20,000 bases of DNA from Chiloscyllium plagiosum (lineage: Eukaryota), in the NCBI RefSeq assembly GCF_004010195.1, contig NC_057754.1:6243950-6263949 (forward strand). Reading direction: 5' to 3'. Positions 8,811-18,789 of this stretch are shown piece after piece. How positions within the stretch are numbered: position 1 is the first letter of the stretch; each line of letters opens with the position of its first letter. A program made the translations under genes and the position numbers. A model generated the notes under the pieces. The model had not been told where the DNA came from. It was given only the letters and a program-made list of their open reading frames with translations, and did no database searches.

Positions 8811-9534
8811 AACCAGAAATTGTGGGGAAAACTCATCGAAGTTTGCAGAGTGAAGGCCAAGTCAACATTTCAGATTGAACGACCTTTCCAACCATCCGTT
8901 GTTGACTGAACTCTCAGTCCCCTGACCCTGATACCTCGGAATGAGGCACGTGTTTTTCCCATTTTATTTTGCAACAACCCTACCCTGAGGCGGGGAGAGG
9001 AGAGGAAGGCGTGGGGGTGAGCGGTTGAAATTAGTGCTCCGAGACAGTCTCTGAACCTTATTTCGACGTCTGGAGTTTCCGCGGCTTTATCTGTGGTTCC
9101 TTCTGTGAAAACATTAGCTCTGTCATCTGTTGCAAAGAGCTTTTTAACAAGCCCTCAAGGGGGTCAGGAAAATTAATTTTGATTGAATATGTCTGGTTTG
9201 TAAACTGGCAACTTTGCCCCGGGGAGGAGGGAATGGAAAATCTATCAATTCCCTGACCTTCGACCCAACTTTGTGCCCTCCTGACGCCTTGGCGCTGTTT
9301 TCGGTCGGTGAGCCATGCCTTGTTGAGTGCGGCCCACACTGCGCACAGGAAGATCCCACAGCCAGTGGCCTGCTCCAGGACCTATCGGCTGAGGCCAGGA
9401 TGCGTGCACAGCAGGAACCCACTATCGGCAATTGAGGTGGGGCGGGCGGAGGGGGGTGTAGTTTTGGGGGAAAGGGCTCCATCAACAGAGGCGAGGGGGT
9501 AGGCCGTTCTGATCATCACCTCGACTGCCCACCA

Positions 9535-9850
9535 GGTCAGGAGTAGGCCTTTCGGCCCATTGGCTCCCCTCTGCTGTGCGGCGGGACCCATCGAATCGCG
9601 CTCGGCTTTCTCCAACCACCAACTCCCCCAACAAATCCCATCCACCCCCAACTTCCTGATCACCCTCACCTCCCCTAAAATGCCGCTGAGGAACAAGATT
9701 GAACCGCTCAGACTGCCCTGCCACTCCATGAGATGGCGACGGATCTGATTTTGACCTCAACTCTTACATTCCCACGTATCCTGCCATCCCCCAACCCCCC
9801 CCTTCCCAATAACTTTCCATCCCCTCTGAAACCTTTCAATATACCCAAAT
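9535..9850 (-). mobile_element. Decayed CR1 3' tail fragments
   Basis: CAGGAGTAGGCCTTTCGGCCC and GATCTGATTTTGACCTCAACTC are reverse-strand CR1 3' UTR motifs. Confidence 0.55.
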
Positions 9851-9854
9851 CTAT

Positions 9855-10125
9855 CGGTGAGGCCACTTTGAGAACACTGCGTTCAGTTCTGGTCACCCTG
9901 CTACAGAGGGAAGGATGTTGTGAAAACTAAAAGGGTTCAGAAAAGATTTACAAGGATGTTACCAGGGTTGGAGGATTTGAGCTACAGGGAGAGGCTGAAC
10001 AGGTTTAGGGTGAGAGGGGAAAGATATAAAAGAGACTGAAGGGGCAACTTTTTCACCCAGAGGGTGGTGCGTGTACGGAATGAGCTGCCAGAGGAAGTGG
10101 GGGAGGCTGGTACAATTTAAAAGGT
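9855..10125 (+). mobile_element. CR1/HER1 ORF2 C-terminal fragment with internal deletion
   Basis: Encodes EHCVQFWSPCYR, RVQKRFTRMLPGLEDLSYRERLNR, then jumps to FRVRGERYKRD..GNFFTQRVVRVRNELPEEV. Confidence 0.9.
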
Positions 10126-10287
10126 ACCTCTTTGGGTACATTGTGGCTGATCTCATCTTGGTCTCAACCCCTCCCTCCTGCCCCCACACCCTGTAACCTA
10201 TCACTGATTAAAATTCTCCTCCTGAAATTTATTCAGTGTCCGTCACCTGCACACTCTAGGGGGTTAGTGAATTCCACAGATTCCGCG

Positions 10288-10323
<36 letters not shown>
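10288..10323. repeat. Poly-C tract (36 nt)
   Basis: Uninterrupted C run ending 20 nt upstream of the SELENBP1 exon. Confidence 0.95.
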
Positions 10324-10343
10324 ACACGCACACCTCTCTGTGG

Positions 10344-10456
10344 GCGCGAAGGAGGAGATAGTCTATGTGCCCTGCATCTACAGGAACACTGCAGTTTGCA
10401 AACCGGACTACCTTGCCACCATCGACGTTGACCCCAAGTCGCCCACCTACTCCCAG
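10344..10456 (+). CDS. SELENBP1: Internal coding exon of selenium-binding protein 1 / methanethiol oxidase (equivalent to human exon 3)
   Basis: Translates (G)[37 protein letters not shown], 28/38 identical to the recalled human [38 protein letters not shown]. Length 113 nt with phase 1 start and phase 0 end, matching the recalled human exon. Donor CAG|GTATGT at 10457. The acceptor reads CTCTCTGTGG| rather than ..TAG|. Confidence 0.93.
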
Positions 10457-10584
10457 GTATGTTCGCCCTGCAGATGCCAATTGAGGCCACTGGGGGAGCC
10501 AAGGGATGGGGAGGAGTGGGAAGGTCACCTGGACGTTAGATAGAGCCAGGGGCCACCCTGGGAGGGGAAGGTTCGGAAGGCGCT

Positions 10585-11157
10585 ATGATGTTGCTCGTGG
10601 AAGGAGAAAACATTTCCATTTTGCGTAATGCTAAGGTTGACTCCTCTCTCTCTCTCTCTCGACCTGAGAACTAAAAGCGAAACATCCCTAAGAGGAGCGC
10701 CTCGCCCCGTAATCTGTAAAAGGAATGTGTAAAGTGGTATAACCTGCTTTTCAACAACTTCAGGTGGTCAAACAAAATAAATCCCTAACACTCGCCTTAA
10801 AATCAACAAGTAACAATTTATTTATCTAACTCAAACAATGAACAAATTAAATAAACCACTAACAAGCCGAATAAATCCCTTCTAACTATTAACTGTTCCC
10901 GAATGATTCTAATGGTGTGCTGTTCCAATAAATACAAGATTAAAAAAAGAATTGGGTCTCTCCAAATTACAGCCAGGTTGCATGTCTTCCGGAATGTTCT
11001 GTGCTTTCTCCGTCGATTCTTCTGTTAGGAATATTAACTAGCTGTGCCGTTAGTATTGTTTTTATTTAGATGGCGCTTTCTCTCAGGCGTAGATGAGGCT
11101 GAGAGAGCCGTAAATTCTCTCTGGAGAGTTGAGGACTTTTAGCTTTGCCAGAACGCA
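10585..11157 (-). mobile_element. Probable LTR fragment (Gypsy/ERV-like)
   Basis: AT-rich block distinct from its flanks. The minus strand has a T-rich stretch, AATAAA and a U5-like run (..ATAAATAAATTGTTACTTGTTGATTTTAAGG..TTTACACA). Cut off by a SINE near 11158; no TSD found. Confidence 0.4.
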
Positions 11158-11158
11158 G

Positions 11159-11480
11159 TGTCCCATAGTGCCCAGGGATGTGCAGGTTAGGGTGGATTGG
11201 CCGTGCTAAATTGTCCCATAGTGCCCAGGGATGTGCAGGTTAGGATGGATTGGCCGTGCAAATTTGTCCCATAGTGCCCAGGGATGTACAGGTTAGGGTG
11301 GATTGGCCGTGCTAAATTGCCCCATGGTGTTCAGGCTCAGTGGATTAACAATGGTAAATGGAGGGCTATAAGGATAGGGATGTGTGCTGGGTCTGGGTGG
11401 AACGGTTTGGAGTGGGTCAGTGCAGACCACGTTGGGCGAATCGCCTCTTTTGTGCGCTGCAGCGATTCTCTGATTCAATG
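11159..11480 (+). mobile_element. 5'-truncated HE1-like SINE with about 3 copies of the 53-bp unit
   Basis: Repeats of GATGTGCAGGTTAGGGTGGATTGGCCGTGCTAAATTGTCCCATAGTGCCCAGG, followed by a CR1-derived tail ending GATTCTCTGATTC. Confidence 0.88.
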
Positions 11481-11519
11481 ATTTTTAAGGGAAAGCGAGT
11501 CTCAGGGAATGGTGTGCAC

Positions 11520-11640
11520 GAGACACCCATCGATTGGTGTAAATGCCCACCCTGGGATCACTCACCTCCCCCTTTAGCAACAGGAACTCTGCCGCTCTCA
11601 CTGAGGTCTGGGCCTCCACGTGACTCCAGACCCCCACGGC
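11520..11640 (+). mobile_element. Decayed SacSINE1-like core fragment
   Basis: ..CCCCTTTAGCAACAGGAACTCTGCCGCTCTCAC..GGTCTGGGCCTCCACGTGACTCCAGACCC resembles the SINE at 5745-6420. Confidence 0.5.
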
Positions 11641-12030
11641 CTTGTAAAGGGGCTGGAGCTGGAAAACCACTTTGCCGCCCTACAAACCTCCAGCTTTCAC
11701 CCACGGAAAAGATTGCAACCAGAAAATGGTTTCCCGGGATTTGCAGGAAGTGGGATTTAATGCTTTTCTAACAATGTAGCCCCGTCAGTAATTACAGAGA
11801 GCGAGACCATGTTCAGCGGCATTGAGTTTTCCAGCTGCTTGTTTCTCTGTCGGTACCAACACTTGACCTTCACAGATTTTCTGTCACGGCTCCTTTTTGT
11901 CTTTTGAGCTCAAGTCATTTTCGTCTGATATTCTTTCAGCTTGACGTAATGGAGATCAAAAGGAAGGAAACCCCCAGACTTTGCCAAGCTAACTGACTCT
12001 GATGCTCTTGAATACTGACAGGGAGTCTGA

Positions 12031-12752
12031 TCATAGAATTCCCGACTGTGTGGAGACAGGCCATTCGGCCCAACAAAACCACACAGACCTTCTGAAGAGT
12101 AACCCACCCCCCAGAACCATTCCCCTTACCCTAAATTTACCCCTGATGAATGCATCTAACCTACACATCCCTGGGCACTATGGGACAATTTTGCACGGCC
12201 AATCCACCCTAACCTGCACATTCCTGTACACTATGCAACAATTTAGCACAGCCAATCCACCATAACCTGCACATCCCTGGACACTATGGGACAATTTAGC
12301 ACAACCAATCCACCATAACCTGCACATCCCTGGGCACTATGGGACAATTTAGCACGGCCAATCCACCCTAACCTGCACATTCCTGTACACTATGCAACAA
12401 TTTAGCACAGCCAATCCACCCTAATCTGCACATCCCTGGGCACTATGGGACAATTTAGCATGGCCAATCCACCCTAACCTGCACGTCCTTGGGCACTATG
12501 GGGCAATTTAGCATGGCCAATCCACCCTAACCTGCACATCCCTGGGCACTATGGGGCAATTTAGCACGGCCAATTCACCCTAACCTGCACATCATTGGAC
12601 TGTATGAAGGAACCGGAGTACCCAGAGGAAACCCCACGCAGACACGGGGAGAATGGCAAACTCCACACAGTCAGTTGCCGGAGGTTGGAATTGAACCTGG
12701 GTCCATGATGCTGTGAGGCAGCAGTGCTAGCCACTGAGCCACCGTGCCGCCC
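12031..12752 (-). mobile_element. Full-length HE1-like SINE with 8 tandem 53-bp units
   Basis: Units start on + at 12157, 12210, 12263, 12316, 12369, 12422, 12475 and 12528, with a partial at 12581. The head ends ..CTGAGCCACCGTGCCGCCC at 12752; tail near 12031-12080. Confidence 0.93.
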
Positions 12753-13385
12753 TGATACAGTGACTGAAGTCCAGCTTGTAAGGTGATGCTTGGAACCACT
12801 ACTTCATTCTGCCTTGCATCTGGTGGCGATAGAGCCCCGGTGTGAACTCAAAGGGTAGCATGCTGGTGGGTGTTACTCCAGAATTTTCTTTCTTGCCCAT
12901 CCCTAATTGCCCCCAGAGGGGATGGAGATCTTGGCACCCGTGCTTAATGCTGTTTAGCAGCCGTTCCATCACACCGAGGGAGCGGCCAATAGATTTCCAA
13001 GTCGGGATGGGGAGGGGCTCAGAGGGGAACTTGCAGGGGGGGTGGTGTTCCCATGTATCTGCTAACCTTGTCCTTCTAGATGGTGGTGGGTCTGGAATGT
13101 GCTGCCTGAGGAGCCTCAGTGAATCTCTGCAGTGCATCTTGTAGATGGTACACACTGCTACCCCTGTCCTTCTGGATGGAAGTGGTCGTGGGTTCTGGAC
13201 GGTGCTCTCAGAGGTGCCTCGGTGAATTTCTGCAGTGCATCTTCTGGATGTGACCTTTGTCCTTCAAGGTGGTAGAGGCCGTGGGAATGTGTGGGGTATC
13301 GTGGTCTTGTGTATCTGCTACCCTCGAGTTTCTAGATAGAAGAGGGTGGGTTTGGGAGGTGCTGTCTCAGAAGCTTCAGTGAGTT

Positions 13386-14374
13386 AGAACGTAGAAAATA
13401 GAACAATACAACACAGAACAGGCCCTTCGGCCCTCGATGTTGCGTCGACCTGTGAACTATTCTCAGCTCGTCCCCCTACACTATCCCATCATCATCCATG
13501 TGTTTATCCAAGGATTGTTTAAATCTCCCTAATGTGGCTGAGTTGACTACATTAGCGGGTAGGGTATTCCATGCCCTTACCACTCTCTGCGTAAAGAACC
13601 TGCCTCTGACATCTGTCTTAAATCGATCACCCCTCAATTTGTAATTCTGCCCCCTTGTACATGCTGACGTCATCATCCTAGGAAAAAGACTCTCACTGTC
13701 TACCCTATCTAATCCTCTGATCATCTTGTATGTCTCTATTAAATCCCCCCTTAGCTGCCTTCTTTCCAATGAGAATAGACCCAAGTCTCTCAGCCTTTCC
13801 TCATAAGACCTTCCCTCCAGTCCAGGCAACATCCTGGTAAATCTCCTCTGCACGTTTTCCAGTGCTTCCACATCCTTCCTGTAATGGGGTGACCAGAACT
13901 GTACACAATATTCCAATTGTGGCCACACCAGCGTTTTATATAGTTGCAGCATGACATCCCGGCTCCGGAACTCAATCCCTCTACCAATAAAACCTAACAC
14001 ACCGTATGCCTTCTTAACAGCACTATTCACCTGGGTGGCAACTTTCAGGGATCTATGTACACGGACTCCAAAATCCCTCTGCATATCCACACTACCAAGA
14101 ACTTTTCCCTTGACCCAGTACTCTGCCTTCCTGTTATTCTTCCCAAAGTGCATCCCCTCACATTTAGCTGCATTGAACTCCATTTGCCACCTCTCAGCCC
14201 AATTCTGCAGTTTATCCAAGTCCCCCTGCAACTTGTAACATTCTTCCAAACTGTCTACCACTCCACCAACTTCAGTGTCATCTGCAAACATACTAACCCA
14301 TCCACCTATGCCTGTGTCCAACTCATTTATAAAAATGACAAACTGCAGTAGTCCCAAAACAGACCCTTGTGGAG
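13386..14374 (-). mobile_element. Young 5'-truncated CR1/HER1 LINE with 5-bp TSD
   Basis: Open RT C-terminal frame, intact 3' UTR and TTCTA-like tail; GAGTT at 13381-13385 and 14375-14379. Confidence 0.95.
13476..14372 (-). pseudogene. CR1 ORF2 reverse transcriptase C-terminal part (uninterrupted, 5'-truncated)
   Basis: PQGSVLG..FVIFINELD..SMFADDT..LQGDLD..WQMEFNAAKC..LEYCVQFWSPH..FFTQRVVRAWN: about 298 codons without a stop, including the catalytic FADD motif. Confidence 0.93.
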
Positions 14375-14879
14375 GAGTTGCTGCAGTGCGTCTCGTAGAT
14401 GGTACATACTGCTGCTACTGAGCATTGAGTGGTGGAGGGAGTGGGTGTTTGTGGTTGTGGTGCCAATCGAGCGGGGTCTGCTTTGTCTCTGGATGGTGTC
14501 GAGCTTCTTCAGTGTTGTTGGAGCTGCCCCCATCCAGGGGCAAGTGGGGAGTATTCCCTCACCCTCCTGACTTGTGCCTTATCGATGGTGGACAGGCTTT
14601 TGGGGTGAGTCAGGAAATGAGTTACTGGCTGCTGTATTCCTAGCCTCTGACCTGCTCTTGTATTCCCTGTGGTGAGTCCAGTTGAATTTCACATCAATGG
14701 TAACCCCCAGGATTATGATGGTGGGGAATTGAATGATAGTAATACCATCGAAGGTCCTATTACCAAGAGGTTGGGATTGCTGGGGGGCACATGTTCGACA
14801 GAAGGACATTTGTGTCAAGTTAAGCTGTGTTCAACTGTCCATTTGTGAGAAGCAGATGTCCCACACATCTTAATTGCTC

Positions 14880-15480
14880 AGACCTTTGAGTATTGGAGTT
14901 GGGACATCATGTTGGGGTTGTACAGGACATTGGTGAGGCCTTGTCTGGAGCACTGTGTCTAGTTCTGGCCACCCTGTTATTTACTTAAGCCGGAAAGGAT
15001 TCAGAAGAGATTTACCAGGATTTTGCCAGGTGTGGAGGGTTTGGGTTATAAGGAGAGGCTGGATAGGCCGGGACTATTTTCACTGGTGTGCAGAAGGTTG
15101 AGGGGTGACCTTATAGAGGTTTATAAAATCATGAGGGGCATGGATTGGGTAAATAGCAAGTCTCTTTTCCCTAGGGTTGAGAGATCTCAAGACTGGGGGG
15201 GGGGCATATTTTTAAAGTGAGACCATGAGGATTTTATTCTGCCCTTTTACTCTTGTATTATTGCCCCGAGGGGCAATTTCTTTACACAGTGAGTGGGTTG
15301 GTGTGTGCAATGAACTGGTGCGGGTGCAGTTACAATGTTTAAGGGTAAGGATATAAATAGGAAAGGGTTTGGAGGGATATGAGCCAGGAGCAGGCAGCTG
15401 GGACTAGTTTAGTTTGGGATTATGGGTCGGCACGGACTGGTAGGGCTGAAGGGTGCGTTTCCGCGCTGTATGACTCTGTA
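14880..15480 (+). mobile_element. Decayed CR1/HER1 3' end
   Basis: IMLGLYRTLVRPCLEHCV*FW, PGVEGLGYKERLDRPGLFSL..RRLRGDLIEVYKIMRG; tail GGGCTGAAGGG..CTGTATGACTCT. Confidence 0.88.
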
Positions 15481-15484
15481 AAGG

Positions 15485-15893
15485 GTGAGGGACTGCAGGG
15501 CTCTGAGATGCAGAGGGATCTGGGCGTCAGAGTGCAGGAATCGGAAAAGGTCAGTATCCAGGTACGACAACAGGAAAGGCAGGAGAAGCTTCTGTTTTAT
15601 TGTGAGGGGAGCTGAACGCAAGGCTTCAGTTACACAGGAGCGGAGCATCCCGGTGCCAATTATCAGACATTCCGTCAGCATTTTGCCAAGGTAGGCTCAG
15701 AGGCGGATCTCCCCAGATGAGGAATCAATGTGGTGGGGCACGGTCATGGGATAAAAGGCAGGCCGTATGTGATGGAACTAGGGCGGGGGGGGGGGGGGGG
15801 AGACTCTTTCACTTGGAGGCTTTGGGTATCTAGGATTCTCTAACCCTGAGGAGGATGGGATACCCCAAGGTTCGACTCAAGCAGGGCTAGGAC
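15485..15893 (+). mobile_element. Further decayed CR1 fragments
   Basis: LQGSEMQRDLGVRVQES and GGAATCAATGTGGTGGGGGCACGG..GACTCTTTCACTTGGAGG remnants. Confidence 0.55.
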
Positions 15894-16393
15894 NNNNNNN
15901 NNNNNNNNNNNNNNNNNNNNNNNNNNNNNNNNNNNNNNNNNNNNNNNNNNNNNNNNNNNNNNNNNNNNNNNNNNNNNNNNNNNNNNNNNNNNNNNNNNNN
16001 NNNNNNNNNNNNNNNNNNNNNNNNNNNNNNNNNNNNNNNNNNNNNNNNNNNNNNNNNNNNNNNNNNNNNNNNNNNNNNNNNNNNNNNNNNNNNNNNNNNN
16101 NNNNNNNNNNNNNNNNNNNNNNNNNNNNNNNNNNNNNNNNNNNNNNNNNNNNNNNNNNNNNNNNNNNNNNNNNNNNNNNNNNNNNNNNNNNNNNNNNNNN
16201 NNNNNNNNNNNNNNNNNNNNNNNNNNNNNNNNNNNNNNNNNNNNNNNNNNNNNNNNNNNNNNNNNNNNNNNNNNNNNNNNNNNNNNNNNNNNNNNNNNNN
16301 NNNNNNNNNNNNNNNNNNNNNNNNNNNNNNNNNNNNNNNNNNNNNNNNNNNNNNNNNNNNNNNNNNNNNNNNNNNNNNNNNNNNNNNNNNNNN
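15894..16393. other. Assembly gap (500 N)
   Basis: Run of N; the round length suggests a placeholder size. Confidence 1.
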
Positions 16394-16630
16394 CGCTTGA
16401 CCCTCCTTTTAGCCACTCCCCATCCGAACTTGGGAATATATCGGCCGTTCCTTGGGTCAGAGTCCTGGAACTGCCTCCCCCAGGGCATTGTGGGCCTAAC
16501 CCACAGCACACGGACTGCAGCGGTTCAAGATGGCCGCTCACCCCCCACCTTCTCACCGGGGGGACAATTAGGGAGGGGAGCAATGGATATAGGGTGTAGC
16601 CTGCAGCACCCATATCACCCTGAAAGTATG
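16394..16630 (+). mobile_element. L2-like LINE 3' end
   Basis: ACTTGGGAATATATCGGCCGTTCCTTGGGTCAG..GGACTGCAGCGGTTCAAGATGG..GGGACAATTAGGGA; close match to about 18135-18265. Confidence 0.8.
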
Positions 16631-17325
16631 AGGGAGAGATTCCTCTGCCTCTGACTGGATTACTGAGGGTGTTTCAGTGTCAGGAGTGTCTAGAGTCAAG
16701 TGTTGCGAGTCCACCTCCTCAGATAGCCATGCTGAACAAACACACTTCAATGTCCTGGAGATAGAGATGTTTGGAGACTTCAGTTCTCCATCACTGTCTC
16801 TCTAAGATGACAGTTGAAAGCTTCTTTCACAGGCCCTCACTGTGGTTTCAGTAATTTAATCTCAGTCAATGCCCACAGGGGTTAGTGAAAGCTGACACTG
16901 TTGAGCTGATCTCTCTCTCTCTCTCTCTCTCTCTGTGTTCATCAGTTTAAAGATTACCCAGAAAAAAAAACAATTATGTTTGATAGAATGGAGCCTGGTT
17001 CCTTCTGAGCTGATGTTTGTCTGTAAAAATCGACAAGCTGATTTAAATAACGTTGTAAGACCCTCCAAGGCCTTAGTGTTGATGGCTTTGCTTAGATTGT
17101 TAACACACTAGCATGCTGGTATTACAAGGTCTCTCTTTCTCTCTCTCTCTCTCTCTGTCTATCTGTCTGGAGCACTCTGTGTAAGTAGTGAGCAACTGGC
17201 CCCTGGCTAGGTCAGACTGTTGAGAGCTTTCAGAGGCACCCAGTCTGGGCGCTTCAACCACACACACGCAGACACACACACACATACCCACAGACACACA
17301 CTCAGACACACACTCAGACACACAC

Positions 17326-17655
17326 AGAGTCGAGTCATAGAGCTGTACAGCACAGAAACAGACCCATTGGTCCAACGCATCCAAGCTGACCAGATATCCG
17401 AAATTAATCGAGTCCCGTTTCCCAGCTTTTGGCCCATAAACCTTTCCTATTCATGTCCCTATCCAGGTGCCTTTTAAATGTTGTCATTGTACCAGCCTCC
17501 ACCACTTCCTCTGGCAGCTCATTCCATATACACACACCACTCTCTGCGTGAAAAAGCTGGGTCCCTTTTAAATCTTTCCCCTTTCACCTTAAACCTATGC
17601 CCTTTAGTTCTGGACTCCCCCACCCTGGGGAAAAAGGCCTTGTCTATTCACCTTC
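17326..17655 (-). mobile_element. CR1/HER1 3' end
   Basis: On +: GAGTCATAGAGCTGTACAGCACAGAAACAGACCC..CCAGCCTCCACCACTTCCTCTGGCAGCTCATTCCATA..CTTTCACCTTAAACCTATGCCC. Confidence 0.88.
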
Positions 17656-17729
17656 TCCCCCCTTCTGAATTCCTGTCGCCCTGTGACTTCAAGGAAGGCC
17701 CTGGGCTAGGCCTGCTGTCGCTGAGAGTA

Positions 17730-17960
17730 CCCACTGCAGGGGCAGCAGAAGGTAAATAGTACGTTGGCCTCCACAGTGAGAGGTTTGGAGTACAGGAGCG
17801 GGGATAGTCTTGCTGCCATTGTACAGGGTGAGACCAACCCCTGCTATATTGTGTGCAGTTTGGGGGTCTCCCTATGTGAGGAAGGATGTTCGGGTGTTGG
17901 AGGGAGTGCAGGGAAGGGTTCCCAGACTGATTCCAGGGATAGTGGGACTGGAGGCTGAGG
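17730..17960 (+). mobile_element. CR1 ORF2 fragment
   Basis: RGLEYRSGD, LYRVRP, WGSPYVRKDVRVLEGVQGRVPRLIPG. Confidence 0.75.
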
Positions 17961-17984
17961 CAAGACCTTCCAGAGATTTAGAAA

Positions 17985-18335
17985 TCCATTCCCACCCGAC
18001 GCTCAGTAGCAGCAGTGTGTACCATCTACAAGACGCACTCAGCAACTCCCCGAGGCTCCTCAGACAGCACCTTCCAAACCCATGCCCTCTTCCATCTGGA
18101 ACACCACCCCCCCCCCCTGCAAGTTCCCACCGCTCCCCATCCCGACTTGGGAATATATCGGCCGTTCCTTGGGTCAGAATCTTCCCCCAGTGCATTGTGG
18201 GTCTAACCCACAGCACACGGACTGCAGCGGTTCAAGATGGCAGCTCACCCCCCCACCTTCTCAAGAGGACAGGGGACGATAAATGTTTGGCCCAGCCAGC
18301 GACACCCACATCCCACAAAAAAATGAACAGATAAT
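17985..18335 (+). mobile_element. L2-like LINE 3' end
   Basis: CTCAGTAGCAGCAGTGTGTACCATCTACAAGA..SPRLLRQHLPNP.., ending CCAGCCAGCGACACCCACATCCCA. Confidence 0.85.
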
Positions 18336-18344
18336 TTTTAAAAA

Positions 18345-18680
18345 AGCAGGAGAGGCATGGATAGGGTGAATAGTCAAGGTCTTTTCCCTGGCGTGGAGGA
18401 GGGCACATATTAAAGGTGAGAGAGGAAAGATTTAAAAGAGACCCAACGTTTTCACACAGAGGGTGGTACGTGTATGGAATGAGCTGCCAGAGGAAGTGGT
18501 GGAGGCTGGTACAATGACAACATTTAAAAGGCATCTGGGTGGGGACAGGAATAGGAAGGGTTTAGAGGGAAATGGGCCAAGTGCTGGGGAATGGGGCTAG
18601 ATTAGGTTAGGATATCTGGTCAGTAGGGACAAGTTGGACCGAATGGCATGTTTCTGTGCTGTACATCTCTATGATTCCAT
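18345..18680 (+). mobile_element. CR1/HER1 3' end
   Basis: TTTTCACACAGAGGGTGGTACGTGTATGGAATGAGCTGCCAGAGG; tail TTGGACCGAATGG..CTGTACATCTCTATGATTC. Confidence 0.88.
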
Positions 18681-18789
18681 AAGGCAGACTGGATCAGTTG
18701 GGACTGTACTCACTGGGGGGGGGAGGGAGGGAGGGGGTTTGAGAAGAATGAGGAGGGGGATCTCAGAGAAACTGAGGAAATTCCAACAG

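Larger units (their letters stand above)
12880..14760 (-). mobile_element. L2/CR1-clade LINE 3' region (host element), interrupted by a young CR1 at 13386-14374
   Basis: Minus strand encodes ILGVTIDVKFNWT, MGAAPTTLKKLDTIQ, HSLHH and CTIYKMHC..RLLRQH; 3' tail GGGCAATTAGGGATGGGCAA. A roughly 100-bp segment is tandemly reiterated at about 13055-13385. Confidence 0.8.

Noticed and set aside
8850..8895. Third hammerhead on the minus strand (GAAAGGUCGUUCAAUCUGAAAUGUUGAC)
   Set aside because: It looks like a PLE remnant, but the CUGANGA core is missing and stem II is broken.
9320..9380. CGPHCAQEDP as the preceding SELENBP1 exon (CGPGY..)
   Set aside because: It lacks the GY-x-x-P-L-x-AMK pattern and suitable 57-nt splice boundaries.
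10340..10543. Stand-alone 67-aa ORF starting at GTG
   Set aside because: SELENBP1 similarity stops exactly at the GT donor (10457); the remainder is intron read-through.
15781..15800. Poly-G/C runs (also 3717-3729, 10288-10323, 18917-18929, 19984-20000) as functional G-quadruplex elements
   Set aside because: Most lie inside decayed repeats or near gaps, and homopolymer lengths are unreliable. There is no evidence of function.
15840..16613. Long ORFs across the gap (also 18634-19032)
   Set aside because: Artefacts of translating N runs.
16410..18265. Segmental duplication between 16410-16555 and 18130-18265
   Set aside because: Both are 3' ends of the same L2-like subfamily with different flanks, so independent insertions suffice.
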